DNA of 64,000 nucleotides from an uncultured Verrucomicrobiae bacterium (GCA_963813025.1 CAWEXO010000008.1:160001-224000), one strand, 5' to 3'; counted from the first letter of the stretch, positions 21,193-30,813 are shown. Made by a program: numbers and translations. The notes: generated from the letters alone by a model not told the origin.

Positions 21193-21400
21193 ATGTTCCA
21201 CAAGAATGTTCCACAAAGAACGCGGTTAGACAAAGAAGAGAAGGAAAGAAGAGATCCTTCCCACTAAAGCTTCTCCACTTTAGTAAATAGTAATAGAAGA
21301 GAAGAATAAGAAGAAGAGAAGAATAAGAAAGAAACAAGGAACGGGGTACGTCTTCCCGAAGCTGGCGGGAAGGTACCTGCACGAAGTTGGCGGGAAGGTA
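21193..21400. promoter_or_regulatory. Putative replication origin of the element
   Basis: 2x ATGTTCCACAA, hairpin 21263-21284, tandem 17-mer AGAAGAGAAGAATAAGA x2, 2x CGAAGYTGGCGGGAAGGTA; abuts the wHTH gene stop. Confidence 0.5.
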
Positions 21401-21709
21401 TCACTCCCAGGGCAGTTTCCAATTCAGGATTATTTTTGGATTTTTGCCATTTGTCCGTTCCCACGTAATGGCTCCGTATTTTTTCAACACCTGCAACGCT
21501 TTTTGTTTTTGATTCTTTGAGATTCTGTAGGAACGCAGGCTTTCTGAGGTGAGAGTGATGGGATTTCTATGTTTCCAGTCCAAGTAACACGTTTCATAGA
21601 GCACCAAGAGGACAGTCAAGGCGGGCATGTAGCCACTCGCAATGATTGTAAGCAGGACCGATTTCGGAAGGGTCAAGCGCTCCAACTTTCGATATTTCGA
21701 GGAACTCAT
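21401..21709 (-). CDS. Winged-helix DNA-binding protein (possible initiator)
   Basis: ITLTSESLRSYRISKNQKQKALQVLKKYGAITWER wHTH pattern; ATGA overlap with polymerase stop. Confidence 0.7.
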   Translation of the reverse strand: MSSSKYRKLERLTLPKSVLLTIIASGYMPALTVLLVLYETCYLDWKHRNPITLTSESLRSYRISKNQKQKALQVLKKYGAITWERTNGKNPKIILNWKLPWE

Positions 21710-23418
21710 AATCTCCGCATGATTTCGTCCCACATGGGTTTGCCCTTCTTTTTCATGTAGCGATCCGGATAGCGGACGATGGTCGGCTCTATTCGCAGTT
21801 TATAGCCGTCCAGAACCATGGCGGAGGCTTTTTCCATGCAGGCCTGCAGTGCAGCTACAACCGTCTCAATCTCGGCGGCTGGCGCTACCACGGCCATGGC
21901 GTCATGCATCAAACCGCAGACGGGAAGCCCGGCTTCGGTCGCGAAAATTGCCGCCAGCCGCAGCATGTCGCCAGCGTTGCCCTGGCTGTGATAATTACCG
22001 GCAGCCCGGGCATTGCAGCTGGCGTCGGTGATGCGTTTACGCCAGCCGAAGGTGGTAAATTGAAAGGTGTGAATGAAGGCATGATTCTTGACGTCCTCCA
22101 GCCACTCCCAGTAGCGCGGGAAAATCTCCCGGTGCAGGCGCAACAGACGCCTGGCCACCGTTTGTGGCTGTCCCAATTGGCCGGCGAGGGTTTGGTCGTG
22201 AATCTCGTATTGAGTGCCGAGGATGCAGGGCTTATAACGCTCGCGCAGCTCCTCGTGAGTCTCCTTGGTTGCGCCGGGCGGAGCATCTCCGACCTCCATG
22301 GCAAACCACAGGTAGATATCGGGACTTTCGTAAGCCCGGATCATGTTGGGATCGCCGCAGAGCACTGCGGCAATGCCAAACTCCTGGGCCACCCAGTCCA
22401 GGACAGCGAAGGTTTCGCCCGGCGCCGGTTTAACTAAGCCGCGCAGCCACGAGGGAGCGCCGAGAATGGATTGGGCAGGCGAGGGCATGTTACGGCCCGT
22501 GATTGTCCAGAATGGGTTCATGTACGCGCGATTGCAGCCATCCGAACCGACAGGAAAATCTAAAAGTCGCGTTTTGGAGAGAATGCCTCGCAGGTAGCGC
22601 AACTTCAGAAGCTGGGGATAAACTCGAGCCCGTTCTTCAAAAGCCTCGTCATCCAGGCGAAGTGTGCCGCTTTTAAGAACCGGCCATTCAATACCTTCTC
22701 GCGTCAGGTACTCAACAAATTTGTTCGTGTTAAACGAAGCGCCTTCATAAACTCCGTAGTCTCGATCGACTTCGGCAATCAGCTCGTGTTTAATCCGTGA
22801 CATCTCTTCCCGGAGACGATCGCGCAGCGGTTCATCAAAAGGTACGCCGACCCGCTCAATCCAAGCCAGGCTGTACATGTAGCGTCCGCGCAGAGTGGCT
22901 CGGGGCAGGTCCAACAGAGGCAACATCTTTCTAAAAAGCTCCGCAGTTTCATCCACGTCACTTTCGCAATAATCCAGAATTTCCTGGCGTTCTTCCGAGC
23001 TCCAAGGTCCGCCACGCAAGACCAGATCTCGCTTCGCGGCCTTTTCTTCTTTGGTGATCGCGACAATGCCGAAGTCCACTAGAGCCCGTAACAGGGAAGT
23101 TGGCGTGGGCTTCTTCGTCTGGCCGTTTATGAGCCAGCGATATTCGCTATAGAGATCCAGAATGCACTGCGGTTTGGCCCAGCCAAGCGCCAGGTGACAG
23201 GAAGCTTCGGCGCTTGTCTGGTATGATACAAAGAGGGAACCTGGCCCTATATCGTAGGGTGGACGGTCCTCAAATTCCGTGTACCAAAGTTTGATTTTCC
23301 GGTTCGAGCGCAGTTCGCGCGCGACCAAACAGATCGGCTGCACATTACCGTTGCCTTGCGGAATAAACTCAAAGTCAGCAATGGTAATGTGCCGGAACCG
23401 ATCGAGCAGGAAGGACAC
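21706..23418 (-). CDS. Family A DNA polymerase with 3'-5' exonuclease, no 5' nuclease
   Basis: ExoI ADFEF, ExoIII YCESDV, TITGR, motif A LDWVAQEFGIAA, motif B RERYKPCILGTQY, NYHSQGNAGD, motif C MHDA. Confidence 0.92.
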   Translation of the reverse strand: MSFLLDRFRHITIADFEFIPQGNGNVQPICLVARELRSNRKIKLWYTEFEDRPPYDIGPGSLFVSYQTSAEASCHLALGWAKPQCILDLYSEYRWLINGQTKKPTPTSLLRALVDFGIVAITKEEKAAKRDLVLRGGPWSSEERQEILDYCESDVDETAELFRKMLPLLDLPRATLRGRYMYSLAWIERVGVPFDEPLRDRLREEMSRIKHELIAEVDRDYGVYEGASFNTNKFVEYLTREGIEWPVLKSGTLRLDDEAFEERARVYPQLLKLRYLRGILSKTRLLDFPVGSDGCNRAYMNPFWTITGRNMPSPAQSILGAPSWLRGLVKPAPGETFAVLDWVAQEFGIAAVLCGDPNMIRAYESPDIYLWFAMEVGDAPPGATKETHEELRERYKPCILGTQYEIHDQTLAGQLGQPQTVARRLLRLHREIFPRYWEWLEDVKNHAFIHTFQFTTFGWRKRITDASCNARAAGNYHSQGNAGDMLRLAAIFATEAGLPVCGLMHDAMAVVAPAAEIETVVAALQACMEKASAMVLDGYKLRIEPTIVRYPDRYMKKKGKPMWDEIMRRL

Positions 23419-23425
23419 GCTTGCC

Positions 23426-24127
23426 CTACTCCACGCCAGCCAGGTTCTGCATGATCGGATGTTCCATGGAATCGATCACCCGATTCTTGAAGGCTAGCCG
23501 CAGAATTTCGCCAAAAGATACCTCCGGCCAAATCGGTTCGGGCATCTTTCCGTTAGGCCGGACATAGGCATAACAGCCGCCTTCGGCATAGACACGCAAC
23601 CATTCGGTTTTGCACATATCGGCAATCTCTCTGGCGGTTCTCCAATAATCATTGTCCCTGGCCCCATCCAGGGGGAGGCGTATTTTCCAGACGAAAGGCT
23701 TTTCCGCGTGGCGCTCCAAAGCCAGACAAAGAATGACACTTTTCATGAGCACCTTGTATTCCTCTGCCAGCTCCTGCAAAAAGGGAGGAGAAATCAGGTA
23801 GGTATCCCTTTCCATCCCTGCCTCATCGGTGTCTTCAAAAATGTAAGTCAGGTACTGATAGTCTTCCCCAGGATGCACCCGACAAAAGGAGCCCGGCCGT
23901 GGGACTTTTCTAATGCTGTAGCTGGTGACTAACTTCTTAGCCGGGGCTTTCAGCGTTGCCTGGCTAACCCGCATGTTGAGCGGATCAAATGGATCAAATG
24001 CGGGTTTTGGTTCGTTACGTGAAGCTTCAACCAGCTCGGATTGAGCCGTCGAACTTACTTCGGATATGTGGTTTTGTGTGCCATCCGAGCTGATTGTATC
24101 AAAACTAACTGTCTCGCGTTTTTTCAT
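23426..24127 (-). CDS. Hypothetical PolA-associated protein (possible ssDNA-binding protein)
   Basis: 7 bp upstream of polA; aromatic-rich motifs FCRVHP, PFVW, EPIWP, AF..RVIDSMEHP; function inferred from context. Confidence 0.75.
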   Translation of the reverse strand: MKKRETVSFDTISSDGTQNHISEVSSTAQSELVEASRNEPKPAFDPFDPLNMRVSQATLKAPAKKLVTSYSIRKVPRPGSFCRVHPGEDYQYLTYIFEDTDEAGMERDTYLISPPFLQELAEEYKVLMKSVILCLALERHAEKPFVWKIRLPLDGARDNDYWRTAREIADMCKTEWLRVYAEGGCYAYVRPNGKMPEPIWPEVSFGEILRLAFKNRVIDSMEHPIMQNLAGVE

Positions 24128-24158
24128 AAAAAGTTAGATTGCCGGGGTTTTTAATGAT

Positions 24159-24470
24159 TTAGGTTTGAAATTCTAGCTGTCGCGCGTCCCGTTTAGCCTT
24201 GCGCGGCCTCCCGGGCAGCTCGTAAAGGCTAAATACCTCGGGTAGGAGACAAGAGCAGGTCACCGCGGTGGGTATCCACCACCGGGGGTTCTCGTTCGTA
24301 ATTCGGGAGTCTGCTCGCGCCGCAAATAATACGACGAGCGGCTGCTGGCACTTATCGCAGCTAAGTTCCCGGTGCTTGTTCTCTCTCCAGCAGGGAAGAG
24401 AATTAAGCAGCGCAAACTGGGTGCCGCGGACTTCTAAGAATTCTGGTCTTTTGACAGTAACACGTTTCAT
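24159..24470 (-). CDS. Zn-binding hypothetical protein
   Basis: CDKC...CSC; same strand as the replication operon. Confidence 0.5.
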   Translation of the reverse strand: MKRVTVKRPEFLEVRGTQFALLNSLPCWRENKHRELSCDKCQQPLVVLFAARADSRITNENPRWWIPTAVTCSCLLPEVFSLYELPGRPRKAKRDARQLEFQT

Positions 24471-24508
24471 AATTATTGGGTTTCTTCCCCCTCTGGGAAC
24501 CCTTCCTC

Positions 24509-24850
24509 TCAAGGGCGCTCACTATCATCTTTTCTGAGACTGTTTAGGATAGGCCCTGTCGTGCGATTAAACCGGGTACCATATGCTCGCTTGCCCGCCC
24601 ATCGCCTTCTGGTGAGTTCCTCGACCTTTGATTTTAGTTCCGCCAAGTCGTCGCTGAACATGCTCCAGACAGGAACGGCCAATTCCGGGAACCTTTTCGG
24701 AACGCCGATAAAGATGCACTGGAAGCGTTCTCCCGATTCACCTGCACTTTCTTTTGTGTAGAACTCGAACAATCCATCCCGCGTTTCGACGGCGGGTTCT
24801 GGCAGTAGCGGACGATAGCCGTCCAAAATAGGGGCGTTAGTAAATCTCAT
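24509..24850 (-). CDS. Hypothetical protein
   Basis: ATG preceded by GGAGAG; operon strand. Confidence 0.5.
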   Translation of the reverse strand: MRFTNAPILDGYRPLLPEPAVETRDGLFEFYTKESAGESGERFQCIFIGVPKRFPELAVPVWSMFSDDLAELKSKVEELTRRRWAGKRAYGTRFNRTTGPILNSLRKDDSERP

Positions 24851-25172
24851 AGGCTCTCTCCGTTCTTTACTTGCCACAATTCTTGATGGGGTTGTGGCCC
24901 TCTTGTTTGGCGGACTTCTCAATGACCGGCGGCCGCCATTAAGCCGGCTGCCGGCAGCGTGCCGGCGAAAATGGGTCAAGGTGTTTTGGGGAGGCTCTGC
25001 GTTTTGCCGTCCGTCATCTGAAGAGAACGTCGGCTCATTGGAACGGCAGAAGACAAAGGCCCCGACGTCGGGACCTTCTATTTACAAACAACAGTTCTGC
25101 AATCGTCCGAAGACAGTGGTTTATTGGGAATAAGAGTGCGTAGTTCTGCTAGTACCACCCAAGATGCGAATT

Positions 25173-25376
25173 TTAGACCGCCTCCGCATACCGGCGATTC
25201 ACGCGCGCCCGGCGCCACGCCAGCACCTCACTCAAACGATAGCGAACAAGGCCGCTGCCAATACTGTGTGCTGGGCATCCCTCGCGCCGATATCGTCGGA
25301 TTGTCGCGGGGTCCACGTCGATCACCCGAGCCACATTGGGCCCGGACATGAGCTGCTCTAAGGGTTGTTTCTTCAT
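25173..25376 (-). CDS. Excisionase/AlpA-like HTH protein
   Basis: VARVIDVDPATIRRYRREGCP...VRYRLSEVLAW. Confidence 0.85.
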   Translation of the reverse strand: MKKQPLEQLMSGPNVARVIDVDPATIRRYRREGCPAHSIGSGLVRYRLSEVLAWRRARVNRRYAEAV

Positions 25377-25473
25377 AGATAGGCGATGGATACTCCATCG
25401 TTGTCCGCTTTTGATCAGCGGAACGCAAGAAAAAAGTTATAGCGATGATATATTTATGCACTATTATCCGCAC

Positions 25474-26031
25474 ATGCCCGCTTCTGTCCGACTACACAAT
25501 CTTGTAAGGCTACGAGAACACCTGAAACTGACCCAAGGCCAACTGGCTGAGCTTGTTCGCTACGCGCCAATCACGATTCGCTCAGTCGAAACCGGCAAAC
25601 TGGGGCTTTCCCGCGAACTCGCTGAGCGGGTTGCTGCGGTAACGGCTTGCGACGCCGCGTGGTTGCTTAATAACGATTTGAAAGCGCCGCTTAGCTTCAA
25701 CCGTCCACAACCGACGGCTAAGAGTGACTGGCAAAAGGTTGCCAAGGGGGATCTGCTCAACGTGACTGCGCGCGCTTTTGAAATTGCAAACCAAATTGAA
25801 GACGAAGCAAGTGCTCGGCTCCTGTCACATTGCGTAGTGCAGTTTCACCAGCATTTAGAGCGCACCGTTGGCTTGTTTGCCGGCCGCCGATCTCAGCCGA
25901 TAAAGCCGACCGAATATCTAATATCCCAACTTGAACAACTGTCTATTTCGACCCCGCGGCAGCGGCTGCAGCAGGAAAAGGATCCACCGAAGCGCCCGAA
26001 AGCACGCTCCCGAACCCGCTCGTCACTTTGA
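25474..26031 (+). CDS. XRE-family HTH repressor
   Basis: LREHLKLTQGQLAELVRYAPITIRSVETG; divergent from xis. Confidence 0.85.
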   Translation: MPASVRLHNLVRLREHLKLTQGQLAELVRYAPITIRSVETGKLGLSRELAERVAAVTACDAAWLLNNDLKAPLSFNRPQPTAKSDWQKVAKGDLLNVTARAFEIANQIEDEASARLLSHCVVQFHQHLERTVGLFAGRRSQPIKPTEYLISQLEQLSISTPRQRLQQEKDPPKRPKARSRTRSSL

Positions 26032-27340
26032 CGCTCCGGTCGGCATAGTACTCGCTTGTGGTTCGGATATCGCTGTGACGCAGCGCGGAGCTCGCCGCGT
26101 GCAATCCATGCCGGTCGGCAATCGCGCTCCCGAAAAGCTTCCGCAGCGCGTGGAAGGGTTTGTTTCCCTGGATACCCTTGGCTCGGAGCCAGCCCAGCAG
26201 CGATCCCCACACCTCTTGCGCCCGGTAACGCTGGTAACGCACATTCTTCGGTGCGCGTTTGCTCTCGATCACAAACGCCCCCCTGGCCGTCACCTTCCAG
26301 CCCCGGAACAACGCCATGATCTCGGGCTCTGCGGGCAGCACAGCCGCGCTTTCGCGGGTTTTAAGCTGGTAGTACCTGGTCGGCATGATTCGCACCGTGC
26401 TGGCGCCGAAATCGAAGCTCTGCCATTCCAAGGTGTCGGCTTCCTTGCGTCTTAACCCCAGCACCAAGGCCAAGATGAAGGCCTTCAGCTCTTCGGGTCG
26501 GTTAGTGGAAAGCTCGGTGAGGGCATCGCGGAAGAGCTGGTTTGGCTCCGTCCCGCAGCCGTAAAACTTGGTATCAGTGCGACGTTCCACGCTGACATCG
26601 TCGAAGGGAAGCACCGCTGGCAACTCAACGCCAGAGAGTTTGCTCAGCACATTGCGTTTCGAGAAGAGCGCCCGCGCCTGGCGCAAGAGCGAGTTACAGG
26701 AATTGGTGTACTGGCGCCGGCGAAGCTCATCCGTCCCAGCTCGGTCGATGAACTTCCTTTTCCAAGCCCGAACCTTGCTCGGTGTCACTTCGGCCAGCGG
26801 GACAGCGTGCACGCTGGCAAGCCATCTCTGGTTTCCGCCGGTCCGGTAATCGAAGCGAGCCTTACCCCCTTTTATCCTGGCAACCTCCGAAACGATGCGC
26901 CGGAAGCTTTTGGCGTAGCCCTCGACTGTTACCGGCGACAGCTCGGTCTGCGTGGCAACTGCGTTTAGGAATTCGCCGACAGTGCCTCCAAGCTCAGAAG
27001 TGCTTATATTATCACTACTTATTTTAGCCTTCTCCGTCTGCCGATCGCGGTACTTCTCCTTGAACTCCACCCAACCGTTGGCGACCAAAAATTGATAGCG
27101 TTCCTTGGCGAGGGCGGCAGCTTCGGCTTGATTGGCCGTCGCCAGACTCATCGTCACCCGGCGGCCGACATGCTGCAGCTTGACACAGTAGACCGGCGAC
27201 ACGTCCACCTTTCCTCCCGCCCGGAAAATCTTAGGTTTGAACACCCGTTTTGACCAGTAGCGGGTGTCATTTTTAGAAATGACAAACCTAGTTTGTTGGC
27301 CGTTTGTTGGCCGTTTTTCGTGTTCATGCATGTCCGGCAT
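25943..27340 (-). CDS. Tyrosine recombinase/integrase
   Basis: Full catalytic set: GLRRKE, LKTRES, HALR, LRHSD, TSEYY; next to attR. Confidence 0.95.
   Translation of the reverse strand: MPDMHEHEKRPTNGQQTRFVISKNDTRYWSKRVFKPKIFRAGGKVDVSPVYCVKLQHVGRRVTMSLATANQAEAAALAKERYQFLVANGWVEFKEKYRDRQTEKAKISSDNISTSELGGTVGEFLNAVATQTELSPVTVEGYAKSFRRIVSEVARIKGGKARFDYRTGGNQRWLASVHAVPLAEVTPSKVRAWKRKFIDRAGTDELRRRQYTNSCNSLLRQARALFSKRNVLSKLSGVELPAVLPFDDVSVERRTDTKFYGCGTEPNQLFRDALTELSTNRPEELKAFILALVLGLRRKEADTLEWQSFDFGASTVRIMPTRYYQLKTRESAAVLPAEPEIMALFRGWKVTARGAFVIESKRAPKNVRYQRYRAQEVWGSLLGWLRAKGIQGNKPFHALRKLFGSAIADRHGLHAASSALRHSDIRTTSEYYADRSVKVTSGFGSVLSGASVDPFPAAAAAAGSK
27294..27325 (+). repeat. 32-bp repeat, probable arm-binding sites
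   Basis: Identical to 11252-11283. Confidence 0.8.
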
Positions 27341-27446
27341 TGTGCGGATATTGTTTCACACGATCGCCTGGAGATCAAGTGCTGAAGCGGATTTGTAACC
27401 AGCTAAGAGCGGATTCTGCCGAACATTCAAAAACCCCGAAGGATAA

Positions 27447-27490
27447 GACTTCGGATCATAGGGTTGCAGGTTCGAGCCCTGCCGGGTGCA
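27447..27490 (+). repeat. attR core (duplicated tRNA 3' part)
   Basis: GACTTCGGATCATAGGGTTGCAGGTTCGAGCCCTGCCGGGTGCA, identical to 11144-11187. Confidence 0.95.
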
Positions 27491-28289
27491 TGACTCAGCA
27501 TCAATTAGTTACGCGAAGAATCACTAACTGGCCATTCTGCCTTCTTAGCCACTATTAACTTTGTTCTTCGGCCTGTTTTGTGTCAATTCTGTGCGCTAGC
27601 TTGCAGCGTTCGCATGTAGGCGTCAATCGACGACGCCGAAAGCCTAGAACAACCCCGCGGCTTCACCAGCTTGGATAGCTCGCCCAAATCGATTACCCGA
27701 TAAACGGTTCGAACGCAGACCGACGGTCTTCTGGCGGCCTCATAAGCGAACCGAGTTACTCATCATTTCCCTTACCCTCCGCATTGGCCGTCGACTCCCC
27801 TCTAGAGTCCCGCTCGCGCCACTCTTGCATCGCATCAGTCACAGAAACCGAAAATTAGCCGCTGTGAATATCCTTCGTCAGGCGGTCCCGAACCGCCGTC
27901 AACAGGTCAGGATTCTTCCTGATCCGTCTAGCGACTTCACGGTGCAGCGCAAGGCTTCGTTCCTCCAATCTTCTGTGACGCACTACCATCTCTTTCCCGA
28001 ATAATCGCATATTCGTCGACTACGTCCAACCCGAGGGAGTCTCCTGACCTGATACGGTTGCGTTTGACTTGCTCGCGCCAACCAAAAAGCGGCTACAGGT
28101 CCACGTTAAACATTAGGAAAAGGCGGCTTGCAGTTCAAAGTTGATCCTGGTTGGGAGTACCGTGGCAATCTTTGTTCCTTTTATAGCGCCAGGTATAGCT
28201 CCCATTCAGTAGCGCTACGCTTTCTCGACCGGGAAGAGGTCGCCACTTTTCGGCAAGAACAGTACAGGTGTCGTACGATCGCGAGAGCA

Positions 28290-28510
28290 GCCACCGCTGC
28301 GAATGGTGTGGGCGCGGCAAGTCGACGTTTTGTGAAAATAGCATCGGCACAGGAGTCCAGATGAGTGGCGGACACGCCGAATATATGGTGGCCTATGCCG
28401 ACGCAACTATGCTACTGCCGGAGGGGTTAGACTACGAACAAGCCGCCCCTATTTTCTGCGCCGGCTACACCGTTTGGTCGGGACTGCGCTGGGCTGAGCC
28501 CCAGCCCAAT
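28290..28510 (+). pseudogene. Zn-dependent alcohol dehydrogenase fragment
   Basis: HRCEWCGRG...FC, GGHAEYM, QAAPIFCAGYTVWSGL; both termini are missing. Confidence 0.75.
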
Positions 28511-28935
28511 TGCTTGCTTGCGCTGGAAGGTGGACTTTGCGGTCCGCGGAATCGCCCCACAGGCTCCTTAAAACGCCGCTCCCTACCATCGCAAGACCTC
28601 GCAGCATTCACGACGTCCATGACACTGGTACTTCCGGAATATTCGGCCCGTACTTTGCCCAACCGGCACCACGCTTGCGGTGCTTCATCCATGATGGTTC
28701 ACGAGGAAAACAGAGCTGTTGCCGTGTTTATTTTCTCTTTTGTGCGGTCACCCCGTTTGGAAAGTTCCCAAACATCATAATAGACAGTCACGTCAAAGAC
28801 GCGATCGGTACATTGTTTCCGGCATCGGGCCGACTGTCATTGATTGACGCCCGAAGAAGCAAAACGCTACTGGAATATCTTCCCGGCCGCGGAGGCCGAA
28901 AACGTGACGCCGATGGCGCAGGCATCGTGAAGGAT

Positions 28936-29524
28936 CTACAGCCCCTTGGCTTTTACGTTGTGAAGAATCGCCCCGTTCTGCCGGCGTACGTCGTCAACTC
29001 CCGATGGAAGAGCGTGTTTGAGAAGACTCGCAACAAGATCAAGGATGTTCAGTTGAGTCGCGGCCGCCAATGCCATCAAGTACACCGGACCGAGCAGACT
29101 GCCATCCGATTTAAATGTAACCTTCCCGCTTTTCGCGTGCTGTTCAGCGTAATGGGCCAATCCCATTGCGGAGACATGCGCGATGTCCCAAAGGATAGAA
29201 TAGAGGGTACTGTGTTCGTAGCCCAAACCGGCTTTCTCTGCTAACTGACGCTTTTGGATCCCATGCGGAATCTGACCTGCTCTGATCCGGGCTAGCTCTC
29301 CATTCACCTGGCGAAAGAACAACAATTTTAAAATGTTCCTTGAGGCTCGGGAGATTGTTTGGGTGAAAAATGGATGTGCCGCCTGCCTTACTCCCTCGGT
29401 TGTTCGTGCAAAAAACGTCGTAACCAAATGCATAGTGCGCAGAAAACGATTCCCCGTCCGCCCATTCAGCAACAGCGTTCGCATACTGACTAGTTGAGAT
29501 TTCGAGCTTCGACTTTTCTCTCAT
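28936..29524 (-). pseudogene. Possible frameshifted hypothetical gene (C-terminus DUF5677-like)
   Basis: AWDPK in one frame joins RQLAEKAGL...LYSILWDIAH in another at an A-run near 29255. Confidence 0.3.
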
Positions 29525-30732
29525 TACCTGCGATCAAATCCTTTAATGCCCAACATGATCCAATGATTAAGAGGAACAGGCACGCCGCCGGCCAGTGCCG
29601 CAGGGCTGTTTCCGCCCGCTCCAGTGCCATGCCCCACCAGAGAGACACCCGCATGGCGGCCTCACTTGCCACGGACGATGTCGCCCCCCGGCTCACGGGC
29701 AGGCGGTACCCCCATCGCCGCAGACCGATCGCCAGCCGCCAAGGGAGCCGTAAAGAGTCCAACCGGGAGAGCGGCCGGGTTCGCACCAGCGACCTCGAAC
29801 CACAGGCCGAGCCATCCCATCCCGGAAGGGTCTGCCTCAAAGTTGCTATTCTTCTCTGCGGCCTCGTGGTCCTGACAACGTTCTCTAGCATCGGATTGGC
29901 CGGCTCAGCGCGTGATTACCTCAACGCACCAATCGACACCTGGCTCACATTCTATAATGTTGGCTACTCCACGTCAGTGACGCCCGAAGACGGCATGGAC
30001 GTGACGTTAAGTATTCGCGCCAATGTCCTTTCGCAGTCGGTCGTCATTACCCGGACCATGGATTACTGGGGGCGAACTGGAGGGATCTCGGTAATTGTTC
30101 CCTATCGCTACTTGGAGGCAAGTTCCGATGCTTTTAGCTCCTCGAATCAAGGGTTTTCGGATATAGGTCTCCTCTGGCAGATTAACATATTCGGTGGACC
30201 TGCGCTAACGAAGGAACAGTTCCGGTCCTTTGTTCCCCAGACCTTTGCGAGCTTCCATTTATTCGTGGGTACACCACTCGGGAAATACAATCCAGAGAGC
30301 ACACTGAATCCCAGTTCTAACCGCTGGACGTTTTTTCCCACAATCAACTACAGCTACACGCCTGATCAGGGCTGGACATGGCTCGAAACTTATCTCTCGA
30401 CCAAGGTATTCACGGCCAATCACGATTACCGCGTAGGCAACGCTTCCAAGCTTACCCAAGAACCGTTGCTCTTGTTGGAGGGACATGCGAGCCGCAATAT
30501 TACTCCAGCGTTGTGGATGTCGGCAGATGCCTATTACAACGTCGGCGGTGAGACCAGTATCGATAGTGTCGGCCAGCGTGATGCCGCCAATACGCTCAGG
30601 TTAGGCGCAGGCATGGGCCTAAGGCTCTGGCCTGGAGCTGATGTCATTCTCAATTACGAGCGAGTGGTCGCCAAACCCGCTGGCCAACCAGACGCCCAAA
30701 CTATCCGATTGACCCTCAGACAGGTCTGGTGA
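29494..30732 (+). CDS. Outer-membrane beta-barrel channel (phenol MetA-pathway/QbdB-like); true start probably downstream
   Basis: Signal-like LLCGLVVLTTFSSIGLA, ARDYLNAP, NIFGGPAL, PLGKYNP...NRW, terminal W. Confidence 0.8.
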   Translation: MRFRASTFLSLPAIKSFNAQHDPMIKRNRHAAGQCRRAVSARSSAMPHQRDTRMAASLATDDVAPRLTGRRYPHRRRPIASRQGSRKESNRESGRVRTSDLEPQAEPSHPGRVCLKVAILLCGLVVLTTFSSIGLAGSARDYLNAPIDTWLTFYNVGYSTSVTPEDGMDVTLSIRANVLSQSVVITRTMDYWGRTGGISVIVPYRYLEASSDAFSSSNQGFSDIGLLWQINIFGGPALTKEQFRSFVPQTFASFHLFVGTPLGKYNPESTLNPSSNRWTFFPTINYSYTPDQGWTWLETYLSTKVFTANHDYRVGNASKLTQEPLLLLEGHASRNITPALWMSADAYYNVGGETSIDSVGQRDAANTLRLGAGMGLRLWPGADVILNYERVVAKPAGQPDAQTIRLTLRQVW

Positions 30733-30813
30733 GCGTCGCCAGCGAATGACGCCTCGGGATGTGGATGTAACATCTTTGCTGTTTTTTTCCACAAGCAATG
30801 CTATGTAACTGAC

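Larger units (their letters stand above)
11144..27490. mobile_element. tRNA-Arg-integrated phage-satellite-like element (~16.3 kb)
   Basis: 44-bp direct repeats at both ends, adjacent tyrosine integrase, xis/repressor, DNA polymerase and terminase genes, no recognisable structural genes. Confidence 0.92.

Noticed and set aside
21706..23418. Host housekeeping polA
   Set aside because: No 5'-3' nuclease domain, divergent motifs, and located inside att-bounded DNA
27447..27490. Second tRNA gene
   Set aside because: Only the 3' 44 nt; no acceptor 5' strand or D-arm, so it is attR
11144..27490. Complete prophage
   Set aside because: Too small, with no recognisable capsid, portal, tail or endolysin genes
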